From a virus (taxonomy: Duplodnaviria > Heunggongvirae > Uroviricota > Caudoviricetes): a stretch of DNA of 64,000 nt. Below, in pieces: positions 54,828 through 64,000 of this stretch. Every line of letters begins with the position of its first letter. Position 1 is the stretch's first letter. A model generated the notes under the pieces. The model was not told the DNA's origin. It did not search any database and saw only the letters and a program-made list of their open reading frames with translations. Location of the stretch: positions 20,381-84,380 of the IMG/VR virus record IMGVR_UViG_3300020577_013140. One strand, written 5' to 3'. A program made the position numbers and the translations under genes.

Positions 54828-54991
54828 GTCTCAAAGGCTGTTTCATTTTTGACGGATGCCTAGGCCGACGATAATGTACCGTCGGCCTTTCTGTTTGTCG
54901 GAATTCCTTAATGACTTGACGGTTCTTACGAGGAATCTTTTCAAAGTTGTCAGAGCTCACACGAGTATTTTATTTCATGCTGGGAGCATCT

Positions 54992-55444
54992 TCAAGCCTC
55001 CGTCGGAGTCATTTGATCCATTTCGGTTTCTTCCAGACGCAACACGCCGGTGTCGAATAACCCTTTGACATAGTTACAAACAAAGTTGGCCGTGTCAGTT
55101 CTCAAAGGAGCCAGTACAGTTTCAAGACGTTGCGCCAACGCACCTAGCCGAGGTGAGTACCTGTGCGCATCAGGAGTTGCGGCCTGGCGTTCAGCCTCCT
55201 CGTTCAGTATGCGGTACACCCAGTAGGCAACCGCGTCTTTGGCGCTTGGACGCGTGTTAAACGTCGTCTTGTTCCCACGAAGCCATAAATACCGGTTATT
55301 GTACACTATCCGATAAACCCTCCGCCTTCGTACCGGGATCGTCCCCATCTGCAACAACTGGGCCACGGCATCTGGAAAGCCTGTGGGTGTAATAAGCGTG
55401 TGAAAATTCTTTGGTAGTTCTCTTGGGTTGGTAGGCATAGACAC
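54992..55444 (-). CDS. Paralog family member (C-terminal ..G[IV]L..E..motif)
   Basis: Shares the N-terminal basic region and C-terminal TGVLRLEE motif with 56467, 58253 and 58647. Confidence 0.4.
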   Translation of the reverse strand: MSMPTNPRELPKNFHTLITPTGFPDAVAQLLQMGTIPVRRRRVYRIVYNNRYLWLRGNKTTFNTRPSAKDAVAYWVYRILNEEAERQAATPDAHRYSPRLGALAQRLETVLAPLRTDTANFVCNYVKGLFDTGVLRLEETEMDQMTPTEA

Positions 55445-55495
55445 AAAGAAACCCCGGCCAGCAATTGCCGACCGGGGCTGATTATTGGTCGCCGA

Positions 55496-56464
55496 CTAAG
55501 GTTCAATGGGCTCCGGCTCCTTGTACGAGATGAGACCTTCATCTGGATGCGGAAGCCCCGATGGTACGTCAACCGCCCGGAGCATGCGTACGGTCGTCGC
55601 CAAGTCGTCCAAGGTAGTGCCACGCGCACGAGAAGCAGCACGGTGGTTGGCAACCTGAGACATGATCTGCGCTCGCTTATCAGCACTGACTACGCCACTG
55701 ACGCCAGTACCACCAGTCAAATCAAGCCCTTTCGATCGATCGGCGCTATAGAACGTGTCGACCGTCACCGCCTGCTGCTCAGGCGTAAGCGACGAAAGAC
55801 GAGTCATGTACGACGATCGTGCAGAGGCGGCGGCGGCGAACATGGCGCGCGTTCCTTCGCTCGACGCGGTGAACTGCATCGTGTTACTTACTGGTACACC
55901 GATGCTCTCTGCTTCCACCGCTGCGTTGATGTTTGTGCCAATGAAGGTAATTACCCAGCGATGGTCTTGTTGGAGCTTCTCAACATACCTGCGCAGGGAG
56001 ACTTGACCCCAACCCTCAGTATGATCGGTGTTCTCACCATCAGTGATGATGGTAACAACGACTCGCTCCTGACGTAACCGCTCAGCTCCAAGGTGTTCCT
56101 CAAGATGCTTCAATGTTTGCCCAACAGTGCCGTACAACCGGGTACTGCCGTCAGGTACGTAGTCCGCCTCCGAGATCTCTTGAATACCGTCGGCTGGAAT
56201 ATCGAAGTAGCGTTCTTCGGCCCGACCGTTGAACACCACCAGTGTAACGTAGTTCGACTGGTTCGGAAGGTCCCGCATGAGCTGGCGAATGTTCTGCACC
56301 TGCTCGTTGAACCCTGTGATTGTGCTTTGGCGCAAACGCAGCATGGAGCCACTCGCGTCCAGGATGAACACGTGATGAACAACGGTCGGCGGCGTCGGTG
56401 GGGCGTCGGCGGATACGCCTGGAATATGAATCTGCGGTAGTGGATCTAGTTGTGTGTCTGACAT
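55496..56464 (-). CDS. von Willebrand factor type A domain protein
   Basis: VFILDASGSM MIDAS motif. Confidence 0.65.
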   Translation of the reverse strand: MSDTQLDPLPQIHIPGVSADAPPTPPTVVHHVFILDASGSMLRLRQSTITGFNEQVQNIRQLMRDLPNQSNYVTLVVFNGRAEERYFDIPADGIQEISEADYVPDGSTRLYGTVGQTLKHLEEHLGAERLRQERVVVTIITDGENTDHTEGWGQVSLRRYVEKLQQDHRWVITFIGTNINAAVEAESIGVPVSNTMQFTASSEGTRAMFAAAASARSSYMTRLSSLTPEQQAVTVDTFYSADRSKGLDLTGGTGVSGVVSADKRAQIMSQVANHRAASRARGTTLDDLATTVRMLRAVDVPSGLPHPDEGLISYKEPEPIEP

Positions 56465-56466
56465 GG

Positions 56467-56916
56467 TTATTCTTCCTCTGTTGGCATCGGGATGGTATCC
56501 AACGGACGTACTTGTAGTATTCCGCTGTCGCGCAAGGCTTTTGTAATGGCGGTCACCGCTCGATGTCCGTGCTCGTCTTTGAAGGCTAATAAGTCATCAG
56601 GGAGTGCAGGGGAGTGCTCGTCTTCCAACATCTGCAACACCCGGCGTACGTAGGTATTAAATTCTGCAATTGGTGCAGCTGGGCTGTTCCATACAGTCTT
56701 GCCCAACCCGAGCAATCGGTTATTCCAAAAAAGTCCGTAGACTGGGCGGGCGCACCGGTCCACGTGATAAGCGTGGTTCTCGGTCCCAGGGACACCGTAT
56801 CGATGGCCTCTTGGGTTCGATATTCGCTGTTCGACTGCTCCCATCAAACGCGAGATTAAAATCGCTTCTTCATGTTTTGTCAATTGCTTTGTCATCTTTT
56901 TGTATCGTAATCTCAA
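56467..56916 (-). CDS. Paralog family member
   Basis: ..AITKALRDSGILQVRPLD. Confidence 0.4.
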   Translation of the reverse strand: MRLRYKKMTKQLTKHEEAILISRLMGAVEQRISNPRGHRYGVPGTENHAYHVDRCARPVYGLFWNNRLLGLGKTVWNSPAAPIAEFNTYVRRVLQMLEDEHSPALPDDLLAFKDEHGHRAVTAITKALRDSGILQVRPLDTIPMPTEEE

Positions 56917-57874
56917 GTTTGTTGAAGGGGATGATTTCGACGGCGGTTCTCAACCAATAGTCGAAAAAAGTCTTTCGCTGCTTCGGTTCTAAACACCATT
57001 CCTTCAACCGCTCTGGCAGCCTGCTTAACCAATCACGATACTCCATGTGGAAACTTCCTTGCAGCGCGGCGAGAGCATTCTCTTTAGTCGGAAATAGCAG
57101 CTTACCCAGGACTTTTATGGGAATGCCGTTTACAAGAACAATGAATTCTCTCACCCCTCGTGTGTCTTTGGTGTACAACAGGTTAAGTTGCTCGGCCATG
57201 ACATGCACCTGCCTGTCGTCCGGGGTAAATGGTGCAGGCGTGCGTGCATACGTTACCGTTAATTGCATCCCCCGGCGAGGAACGATCACTTCCAAAGACA
57301 AGTCTTTAGCTACGATATCCGTTCCCTGTCGCCACCCAGTGAAAAGGTATGTTTCCTTGAGGTGCTTGTATAACACATCAGGTACTGAAACCTCAATCCG
57401 CGGATCAACCTTGAATGTCACCTTCTCGCCAAACATGTATGTAAGTCGGCCTGGGGTAACGATCTCCGTACGTCCGTTGATGTCTGGCTTGTCAGCGTAA
57501 ACCTTCATATGACTCTTTGAGGTTACGCCGTGAAACACCACGTCACATGGAATACGCTGCTCGTAAACGGCAACGTATCGGTCGTTGCGTTTTACGTTCT
57601 CCAACACCAACACAGGCTCCGTGCTGACGATCTGGTCTGTCCTTGGGTTCTCCCAATGCTTGAACTGATCGTATCCAACCTGCTCCGGCACAGTAAATGT
57701 GTAAGGCCGTCCTTCCTCACACATGAAGGTTGCTGGAGTGAGCCTGGACCAGAACTTCTCCTGGTCTCCAGGCTCAACATCTATCATGACTTCGGCCACT
57801 GGCCTTGCTGCCATCTGGATTTTCCAGACGTTTACTTTATTTGTGACTGGTGGGGTGGACGGAACTTTTGCCAT
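56870..57874 (-). CDS. hypothetical protein
   Basis: 334-aa ORF. Confidence 0.45.
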   Translation of the reverse strand: MAKVPSTPPVTNKVNVWKIQMAARPVAEVMIDVEPGDQEKFWSRLTPATFMCEEGRPYTFTVPEQVGYDQFKHWENPRTDQIVSTEPVLVLENVKRNDRYVAVYEQRIPCDVVFHGVTSKSHMKVYADKPDINGRTEIVTPGRLTYMFGEKVTFKVDPRIEVSVPDVLYKHLKETYLFTGWRQGTDIVAKDLSLEVIVPRRGMQLTVTYARTPAPFTPDDRQVHVMAEQLNLLYTKDTRGVREFIVLVNGIPIKVLGKLLFPTKENALAALQGSFHMEYRDWLSRLPERLKEWCLEPKQRKTFFDYWLRTAVEIIPFNKLEITIQKDDKAIDKT

Positions 57875-57891
57875 GGCGCCATCTTACCACG

Positions 57892-58251
57892 TCAAGGCTT
57901 CTTGTCCAGCGGCGAAGAGATACGCTGGATGCAGAACCTTTCGCGACTGATGGCCTCCGCGATTGCCCGTTGCCGGAGTTTGTTGTCCTTGAGCGCCCGA
58001 CGGACCTGCGAAACTGTGGAGGCAAGGTGTTGACCTGACAGTGTGGCAACGATCCGAGGAACCAGTCTCACGATCGCCTGCGCAGCGGCTTTCGGTGAGT
58101 CGTAGGTTCGTTTTCCAAACATGTTCCTCCCAATAAAGAGGGCGTACTTGCTTGGGCTGGCGCCAGGCTGGGCAAGCGGATGCCCATCAATGGCGCCGCA
58201 AAACAGGTTAATAACTTCGGTGTCACTGAGTTTCTGAGCTGTTTTCTTCAT
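57892..58251 (-). CDS. hypothetical protein
   Basis: 119-aa ORF. Confidence 0.4.
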   Translation of the reverse strand: MKKTAQKLSDTEVINLFCGAIDGHPLAQPGASPSKYALFIGRNMFGKRTYDSPKAAAQAIVRLVPRIVATLSGQHLASTVSQVRRALKDNKLRQRAIAEAISRERFCIQRISSPLDKKP

Positions 58252-58252
58252 G

Positions 58253-58654
58253 TTATGTCAATGTGGGTTCTACTGATCCATATGGTATCGGCCTGTATTC
58301 GATCTCCCCTGAAGCCTCAAGCTCCGCCATGATCCTGCTGAGGCCGGCGTTCCGGCAAAGTGACCATTCCTCGTTCGGCATCCTCGGGTTAACCGCTTCT
58401 CCTTGGAGGGTAAGCGCCCAACGGGTGTGACTTTGAAAGGCGTGGACTAACTGCCGGCGAAGAAACCTTCGGCACGAGTCCACACTGTCCCGAGGACGTT
58501 CACCGTATGGAACAATCCCTCGAACGTAAGTCATGTACCTCGTACGGGTGAAAGTTCGGATAGGGAGGATTTCGGTGAACGCCTGATCCAACCGGCTGCG
58601 AAGACGGTCGACTGCTCGTACAATGTCCGTTTCAGTTACTTTTTTCTTAGCCAT
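58253..58654 (-). CDS. Paralog family member
   Basis: ..RIMAELEASGEIEYRPI. Confidence 0.4.
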   Translation of the reverse strand: MAKKKVTETDIVRAVDRLRSRLDQAFTEILPIRTFTRTRYMTYVRGIVPYGERPRDSVDSCRRFLRRQLVHAFQSHTRWALTLQGEAVNPRMPNEEWSLCRNAGLSRIMAELEASGEIEYRPIPYGSVEPTLT

Positions 58655-59060
58655 TAGCGATTCCTATCGCATTCGAGGTTGTTCCTAGGATGGAGTTGAC
58701 CTCCCGGTATTCCACCACACCAGAAGCTTCGAGCTCGGCGATAAGCTGGTTAAGCCCGCCGGCTATGTAGAAACGTCGCCAATCAGACCAGAAAACGGTG
58801 TTATTGGGGTCTCTTCGCAAAGCTGTATAAAGTGAGGAATAAAACTCGGAGGCCAATAGTCGCTTTAAGGAAGCCCGGCAGTGACCAGGTGAACGACGGA
58901 GGCGTTCACCCCTTGGAATAGTCCCCCGAATAAACAACAGGTATTGAGGACGGACACCACCAGCTACATTCGCGCCTTGAACCCGATCCAACACGCCCTC
59001 CAAATGAGGGCGCATCAAATCAGCGTACTTAGCTCTTGTAGCCTTACCTACGTTTGCCAT
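58647..59060 (-). CDS. Paralog family member (tandem duplicate of 58253..58654)
   Basis: ..QLIAELEASGVVEYREV. Confidence 0.4.
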   Translation of the reverse strand: MANVGKATRAKYADLMRPHLEGVLDRVQGANVAGGVRPQYLLFIRGTIPRGERLRRSPGHCRASLKRLLASEFYSSLYTALRRDPNNTVFWSDWRRFYIAGGLNQLIAELEASGVVEYREVNSILGTTSNAIGIANG

Positions 59061-59284
59061 AATTTACGGGAGGAAGGCAGGCTGTTGTGGCACCATGTCT
59101 GAGACAGGCACAATACGTATGAACGTACCGTCCTCGGTGGGCGTGACAATGCTTGCACGAGACTCTTCGGCCTCAGCCTCACGCTTCTTGGTTTCAGCAC
59201 CCCATTTGGTAGTAAGATGAATGGCGTAGCAGACTGCTCCAATGAAGAGAGCAGCTCCTGCGAATCCGATTGTTTGGTCAGTCA

Positions 59285-59665
59285 TTAGATGGCGATTGCG
59301 GTTACAGGTGGTGAAGGCGGGCGCGGCTCTGAGGGCTGACCCGCATTGATATTAAGATGGTTTCCGACCTCCTGGGAGGCCCATTGAGTGAGCACGTGCT
59401 GGATATTCGACACGAGAGCCGGATCGGTGAAACAGAATGTAAGCTGCCCGAGTACCGGTGTGGTGGTCTCGTAAGAAATCACCAGCTTGGCCTTTGTATC
59501 AGGAGGATCTCCCGGTGTGGTGACTTGTTGTCCATTCGGTAGACGTTGGGTCGCCGCAGGTTCTGCCGGCAGCATGTCGATTGACACCAGTCGCTCACGC
59601 GGGACGATATGAAGATATCCAGCTGTATCTACGATAATGATCATTTTGCTTCTTGGTTGGAACAC
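59285..59665 (-). CDS. hypothetical protein
   Basis: 126-aa ORF. Confidence 0.35.
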   Translation of the reverse strand: MFQPRSKMIIIVDTAGYLHIVPRERLVSIDMLPAEPAATQRLPNGQQVTTPGDPPDTKAKLVISYETTTPVLGQLTFCFTDPALVSNIQHVLTQWASQEVGNHLNINAGQPSEPRPPSPPVTAIAI

Positions 59666-59985
59666 CGGGCGATGGCCAGGCGCAGGGACTTGACCTGATT
59701 GGCGTAACCTGTGTTAACTTCCTGAATAACCCGGAGCCGGGCTGCACGGAGCCTATCCAGCTCCCACTTAAGTGCCTTCCCGGCCTTCAAGTCGTGTATC
59801 ACACACGTTGGAGCGACTCCGCGAAGAGTCATTTGATACGAGGGTATATGTATTGCCCCGTCTTCCGTCCACTCGCCGATCGCCCCTAAGAGGTGCGGGA
59901 AGCTGTCGTAAGGCCAGAAGACATAGCATTTACGTCGGGAATTACGCCGGGGTTTGCGCCGGGGCGCTTGTTTTGGTCGAGCCAT
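59641..59985 (-). CDS. hypothetical protein with Arg-rich N-terminus
   Basis: 114-aa ORF. Confidence 0.35.
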   Translation of the reverse strand: MARPKQAPRRKPRRNSRRKCYVFWPYDSFPHLLGAIGEWTEDGAIHIPSYQMTLRGVAPTCVIHDLKAGKALKWELDRLRAARLRVIQEVNTGYANQVKSLRLAIARCSNQEAK

Positions 59986-60090
59986 ATGTGATTGGTTTTT
60001 TGGTTACCCTGGGTGGCCGTGGGCGAGTTGTAGCCGCCGAAGCCGCCGGGCGATAACGAAAGATACGATAGATGATAAATAGCAAGAGCG

Positions 60091-60690
60091 CTAGGAGCCA
60101 TCCGAAGTCGGCCACTCATCCTCCTTGGTTAAATTCACTTGAGACTGCAGGGGCACAGGTCGAATCATACCCTTTCTCAAGTCCTCCAACGGCAGTACCT
60201 GATAGGTCTGATGATCCCAGCCGAGCTTACGCTGCGCGTCGTACTGGTTACAATCAGATTCAAGCAGCCCGATCATATTGTTGAAGTCGGCCGGGTCGAG
60301 CGAGGCCACCGGCGCGCTCCGTAAAAACCAAATAAGACGACGAGCGGTCTCGATAACTGTAGTTGCGTACCGTGTCTCTCGCTGCCACGCCATGGTGGTA
60401 ACCCCGACCGTTCGCTTCACCACCTTACAAATACCCACTCTTGTGTCGTCGTATTTCAAACAACGAGAACAAAAGACTTTCTGGTGCGCTGGTATGGGTT
60501 CCTTGGGCAGATGATAACGGGCGGAACAGATGCCGCACTCGAGGTAAGAGGCCTCCTCTGTACCTTGTCGTAATAGTTCTGGAATCGCCTGCATCCAAAT
60601 CTTCTCGGCTGCAAGCACTCCTTGTTGAAATTCAGAGTTCTCTTTGCTCATGTTATACGGGGAACTGGACCGCAGGCGATATACCTCCAA
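60091..60690 (-). CDS. Zinc-finger (CxxC..CxxC) protein
   Basis: YLECGICSARYHL..FCSRCLKY. Confidence 0.4.
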   Translation of the reverse strand: MEVYRLRSSSPYNMSKENSEFQQGVLAAEKIWMQAIPELLRQGTEEASYLECGICSARYHLPKEPIPAHQKVFCSRCLKYDDTRVGICKVVKRTVGVTTMAWQRETRYATTVIETARRLIWFLRSAPVASLDPADFNNMIGLLESDCNQYDAQRKLGWDHQTYQVLPLEDLRKGMIRPVPLQSQVNLTKEDEWPTSDGS

Positions 60691-61046
60691 ACACGGTGTC
60701 CAACAGGAAAGTGATGACTTAACAACCGGTAAAGCGGATGGCGCTTTGACATTTTAACCTTCATGCCGCTACCTGCATCAGGGCACCATAACCCGCTCGG
60801 GTGCGGCAGCCCGGTGGCTCTCCGATGGTCGTAAAACACGTTATGATCTTCAAACAGTCGATCAGGGTTGGCCCGAATAAGGCGGAGAAGAACAAAGAAG
60901 GCCTCACCCATGTATCGAGCTTCCCAATACTGCGTGTGGCTGCCGACCGCGCTTAACAGCTCGTGTACTAGCTCCCTGTCGTATTCGACAGCAAGGTTCT
61001 CTACCTTCCGTGACAGATATCGTTCGTAGTCAGACAGCATAACCAA
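60648..61046 (-). CDS. hypothetical protein
   Basis: 132-aa ORF. Confidence 0.35.
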   Translation of the reverse strand: MVMLSDYERYLSRKVENLAVEYDRELVHELLSAVGSHTQYWEARYMGEAFFVLLRLIRANPDRLFEDHNVFYDHRRATGLPHPSGLWCPDAGSGMKVKMSKRHPLYRLLSHHFPVGHRVWRYIACGPVPRIT

Positions 61047-61338
61047 TCTGTTTGGACATGGCAGGAGTCATCCCGCCAAATCGGTTGAATCGTTCGTAAA
61101 AAGCGTCGTTCAACGCTGTACCTTTACGAAAATAAGGATGACCAATTGGTGCAAAACGCACCAGCATGCACATGTCGTGGTGCGACATGGTTTTGAGTTG
61201 GGCAAGGTACTCCTCGTTATTCCCAGGCTGGAGTGCCTCCAAGACTGTACCGTTCATATGGCTTTCAATGGTGTGCAGCTCCACGGGTAGCCGCGAGTGA
61301 ATAAAAATGACGTGCCTATGCTGGCGTATGACACCCAC
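61030..61338 (-). CDS. hypothetical protein
   Basis: 102-aa ORF. Confidence 0.35.
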   Translation of the reverse strand: MGVIRQHRHVIFIHSRLPVELHTIESHMNGTVLEALQPGNNEEYLAQLKTMSHHDMCMLVRFAPIGHPYFRKGTALNDAFYERFNRFGGMTPAMSKQIGYAV

Positions 61339-61519
61339 GGAGTATCCTCACCAGGACGGCACATGCTGCCCAGCACCACGTCGCCAACTGCAGGGTTCGC
61401 AGGGTTGACTCCGCCCACGGTCATGGTACACAGGAGCTTCAGCCCTTTCGCGCACTCCGCCAGATACTGTTCCTTGGTGATTTCCTGGATGCCGAGTTGT
61501 TCAGGGTTGCAGTACGTGC

Positions 61520-62209
61520 TCATACGTTTTCTTCATGCCGAAGTTCTTCCACCTTCGCCAAACGAAAACCTGTGACCTTAATGGGGTTGAATTGCCCCCA
61601 GCCTCGAGCAGCGGCCACGCGATTACCGGCCGCATTGAATCCTTCGACCCGCTTCTTTAGAAAGTCGATGGTCTTGCGGTTGGGTTTCTCGGCGAAGAAA
61701 ATTCCCACGGACAAATAGGCCGGGTATTGGCTTACCCTCTTGGCGGCGGCTACCTTCGCGTTTTCTTTCTCCAGCCGGACGATCTCCTTGTTGACATACT
61801 CCGGTTTCCAATTTACCGGGGCAGAAGTGGGGTTGAGCTGATATTGCCGTAGCTTGGTAAGCTGCTCGTTATGACGCTCGGTGGCGAACTTTTTGTAGGC
61901 CACCAAGGCAGACTCGTTGTTTCCAACACGGAAATTGCCACCATAACCGTTGTTGAACCAACCGGGAGTGGTCTGGATCTCGCACGGCCAGCTGAACCGG
62001 CTGCAGCCGGTGGAGTCCGGCACACTAAGCAGCAACTCGTCGAAGTTCGGTGTGGAGCGCTTTCTCTTGGTCTCTTCCTTAAAGATATCGCTGTACTCAC
62101 GACCCATACCACACTCACCAATCCTGCCAGTGAGATAAGCGGTCAGTTCACGTTCGAAATTGCCAGAATATTGTTCAGTATCGATGATGAAAATCCAATG
62201 TTTAACCAT
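61520..62209 (-). CDS. hypothetical protein
   Basis: 229-aa ORF. Confidence 0.4.
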   Translation of the reverse strand: MVKHWIFIIDTEQYSGNFERELTAYLTGRIGECGMGREYSDIFKEETKRKRSTPNFDELLLSVPDSTGCSRFSWPCEIQTTPGWFNNGYGGNFRVGNNESALVAYKKFATERHNEQLTKLRQYQLNPTSAPVNWKPEYVNKEIVRLEKENAKVAAAKRVSQYPAYLSVGIFFAEKPNRKTIDFLKKRVEGFNAAGNRVAAARGWGQFNPIKVTGFRLAKVEELRHEENV

Positions 62210-62330
62210 AGCGTGCTAAAGAAAAGGTTCGGGTAGTAAAAAAGCCACCGCTGCAAACGCAACGGTGGCCAATGGCCGTCAAAACTACATGACTAAGAAA
62301 ATCCGGTTGTGGCCTGAGAACCGGCCTTAT

Positions 62331-62340
62331 CTATTATACC
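62331..62340 (+). promoter_or_regulatory. TATTATACC promoter-like motif (copy)
   Basis: ctattataccc. Confidence 0.25.
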
Positions 62341-62402
62341 CTCTTAACGGGGTGTTCGTTACCGGGAGGTGGGGGAGCCAACCCAGGGTTTATGAATCGA
62401 GT

Positions 62403-62723
62403 TCATGTGTATAGAGGAAATGTTTTGAACTTGTCAGGCCAGGCCTCCCTTGGGCAAAACGCCAAGGCGACCTCCTTGTTATCAAGGGCGGACTCTGTAA
62501 GCAACACCCAGCCCCAGCTGTATTTGGCGTCCTCAAACTGCTCTCTGGTTACCTTCACTGTCACCTTCTTGAAGGAATGATCCAACCATTTCTGCATGGC
62601 AGGTACATCGCTGTATTTCAGGTAGCAAGCCAGCGAGGCGTGGGCTGCGGAGTTGATTGCATGCCCCAACGGAATATCGTCGGGGATGAGGATGTACATT
62701 TTTAGCTTAGTCGCGTTGGTCAT
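62403..62723 (-). CDS. Peptidyl-tRNA hydrolase, PTH2 (archaeal/eukaryotic) type
   Basis: [28 protein letters not shown] aligns to PTRH2 [46 protein letters not shown] aligns to MLKQWEYCGQPKVVVKA. Confidence 0.55.
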   Translation of the reverse strand: [106 protein letters not shown]

Positions 62724-63318
62724 AGGCAGGTAAAGAGCCCCAGAGTATCGGTCAGGGTCTGAAACCTCAACTGTTTTCCGTACTCAGCTTCGATCAGTGC
62801 AAGCAGGTGGCTGTACATGTCGTGTATGGCCACCCAAGCCCCTTTTTTAGCCAACCGTATGGCATGAGGCAGGTTGGCCTGTACTTCTTCCGGTCCGTGG
62901 ACCGTATCGAGAAAGAGTATGTCATAAAAGGACTGATCGGTTCGGAAGTCTCCTTTTACCAAGGTCACATAGTCCAGCAGACCGGCTTCCCGTAGGTAAG
63001 CCTGAGCCTGCAGATAACTGTTGGTGCCCTTGGCCCACAAAGCGTGGAGCTCTGCCGGCATATGAAGGTAGCCGGTGTGCCCCAGGGTTTGGGCGAATTT
63101 CTGATACTCCTGATCCGAGTCACAGGCCAGGTCGTACGAGAAAAATTCCGGGGGCTGCTATCACGGATCGCCTCACAAATGCATGCCGTAGACCTGCCAC
63201 AGTACGTCCCTGCCTCCAATATGCGCGCACCTGACGTCTTACGCACAAGCTTGTACAGCTGAGCCGCCTCCGCGTCTGAAAACCAACCGGGGATGTTTTT
63301 GTACGCCGCTGGTTGCAC
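62720..63318 (-). pseudogene. Class I SAM-dependent O-methyltransferase (family 3-like) interrupted by a frameshift
   Basis: N-terminal half ILEAGTYCGRSTACICEAI (62965..63318 frame) and C-terminal half ..YDILFLDTVHGPEEV..AKKGAWVAIHDM (62720..63061 frame) overlap around 63100..63160. Confidence 0.4.
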
Positions 63319-63370
63319 GGTTAGAGGAAGGTCACGTTGATGTCCGGAATGGACGGTTTATTTGGTGTGT

Positions 63371-63676
63371 TCATTTCTTTGCACGCAGTTGTTCTTGTTC
63401 TTGCCGACGAAGGCGCTCGTACTCTGTCACTACGCTTCCAAGGAGTCTCAGGTACCGAGGGCGGACATCAAAGAATATCCACCGGCAATAGATGTCGCCG
63501 TAGAGCGTCAGTTCATCATATAACTTCGATGCCTCGGCCGGGCTCTGGACCCCGATCAGCCTGGCGACGAAGTCAGACAACACGGAATGCGCCGCGTCGG
63601 CCCTTTTTTTACACAGGTAGTAGATGTAGCCGATCCACGCAAGCGCCGCGGTCAGCACTATGAGGATAACGATCAT
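63371..63676 (-). CDS. small membrane protein
   Basis: N-terminal TM helix MIVILIVLTAALAWIGYIYYL. Confidence 0.35.
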   Translation of the reverse strand: MIVILIVLTAALAWIGYIYYLCKKRADAAHSVLSDFVARLIGVQSPAEASKLYDELTLYGDIYCRWIFFDVRPRYLRLLGSVVTEYERLRRQEQEQLRAKK

Positions 63677-63682
63677 AACTTG

Positions 63683-63964
63683 TTATTGTCCGGTTGAGAT
63701 TGGGTCAGGTTCGTCTGAAGAATAGATACGCTCCAGCTTCACGCTGCTGCAATCGATGTCCTCTCCCGCGTTCAGTGCCTGCATCAGCACAGGCTCGAGC
63801 TTTCGCGCCCGTTCTTCATCCACCAACTCGCCTGGTTGCCAGGAAAGTGTGTACGTGTAATCCTTGTAAAGTCCGGTGATGCCGAGACCGGCGTTGGCGA
63901 TAAAAGTGTTGATGCTCGCCTTTCCGATTCGTGCATGGAAGTCTGCCTTGAAACAAATGCTCAT
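63683..63964 (-). CDS. hypothetical protein
   Basis: 93-aa ORF at the window edge. Confidence 0.3.
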   Translation of the reverse strand: MSICFKADFHARIGKASINTFIANAGLGITGLYKDYTYTLSWQPGELVDEERARKLEPVLMQALNAGEDIDCSSVKLERIYSSDEPDPISTGQ

Positions 63965-64000
63965 TCTGGTACCTCGATTAACCGTCCATCTTCTTTCAGC

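Noticed and set aside
1-64000. Alternative genetic code (stop-codon reassignment), as in some huge phages
   Set aside because: Long ORFs terminate at all three standard stops and dense coding is achieved with code 11. None of the resolved tRNA anticodons is CUA, UUA or UCA.

Overview
This window reads as part of a large (jumbo/huge) bacteriophage genome. It is dense, compact, has ATGA-type start/stop overlaps and standard stop codons. Five parts stand out. (1) A 5'-truncated giant ORF of at least 2283 aa (1..6852, +) with Gly-rich internal repeats and a Cys-rich C-terminus, probably a virion or adhesin protein. (2) A 229-aa fragment of a multisubunit RNA polymerase beta subunit (7304..7993, -), the hallmark of phiKZ-like phages with split RNAPs, next to a nucleotide-metabolism cluster of dCMP deaminase, dUTPase, class II-like RNR, thymidylate kinase and ThyX. 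(3) A roughly 24-kb tRNA island (17.0-41.1 kb): about 37 minus-strand tRNA or tRNA-like genes covering nearly all amino acids, a tmRNA, one tRNA with a 41-nt anticodon-loop insertion and several atypical tRNAs. RNA-end-processing genes are interleaved with it: a Thg1-like 3'-5' polymerase, an HNH-nuclease/RNA-ligase fusion, two metallophosphoesterases, a macro-domain protein, further HNH endonucleases, an ATP-dependent DNA ligase, and later a PTH2-type peptidyl-tRNA hydrolase. (4) Envelope or secreted proteins: a PEP-CTERM-like protein, an OMP beta-barrel, an SPFH/band-7 protein, a Sel1-repeat protein and lipoproteins. (5) A glycosyltransferase island (41.8-49.8 kb: two GT25, a two-domain GT, a GT32, two GT4/GT1, a SAM methyltransferase, a putative glycosidase-like protein), followed by a vWA protein, a four-member paralog family, a PAS-domain membrane protein and a frameshifted O-methyltransferase. 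Two sequence motifs recur: CAAGnTATTATACC in intergenic regions (promoter-like) and AGCTAAAAAAAGG plus a GC hairpin (minus-strand terminators). Coordinates of RNA genes are hand-derived and may be off by a few nt.
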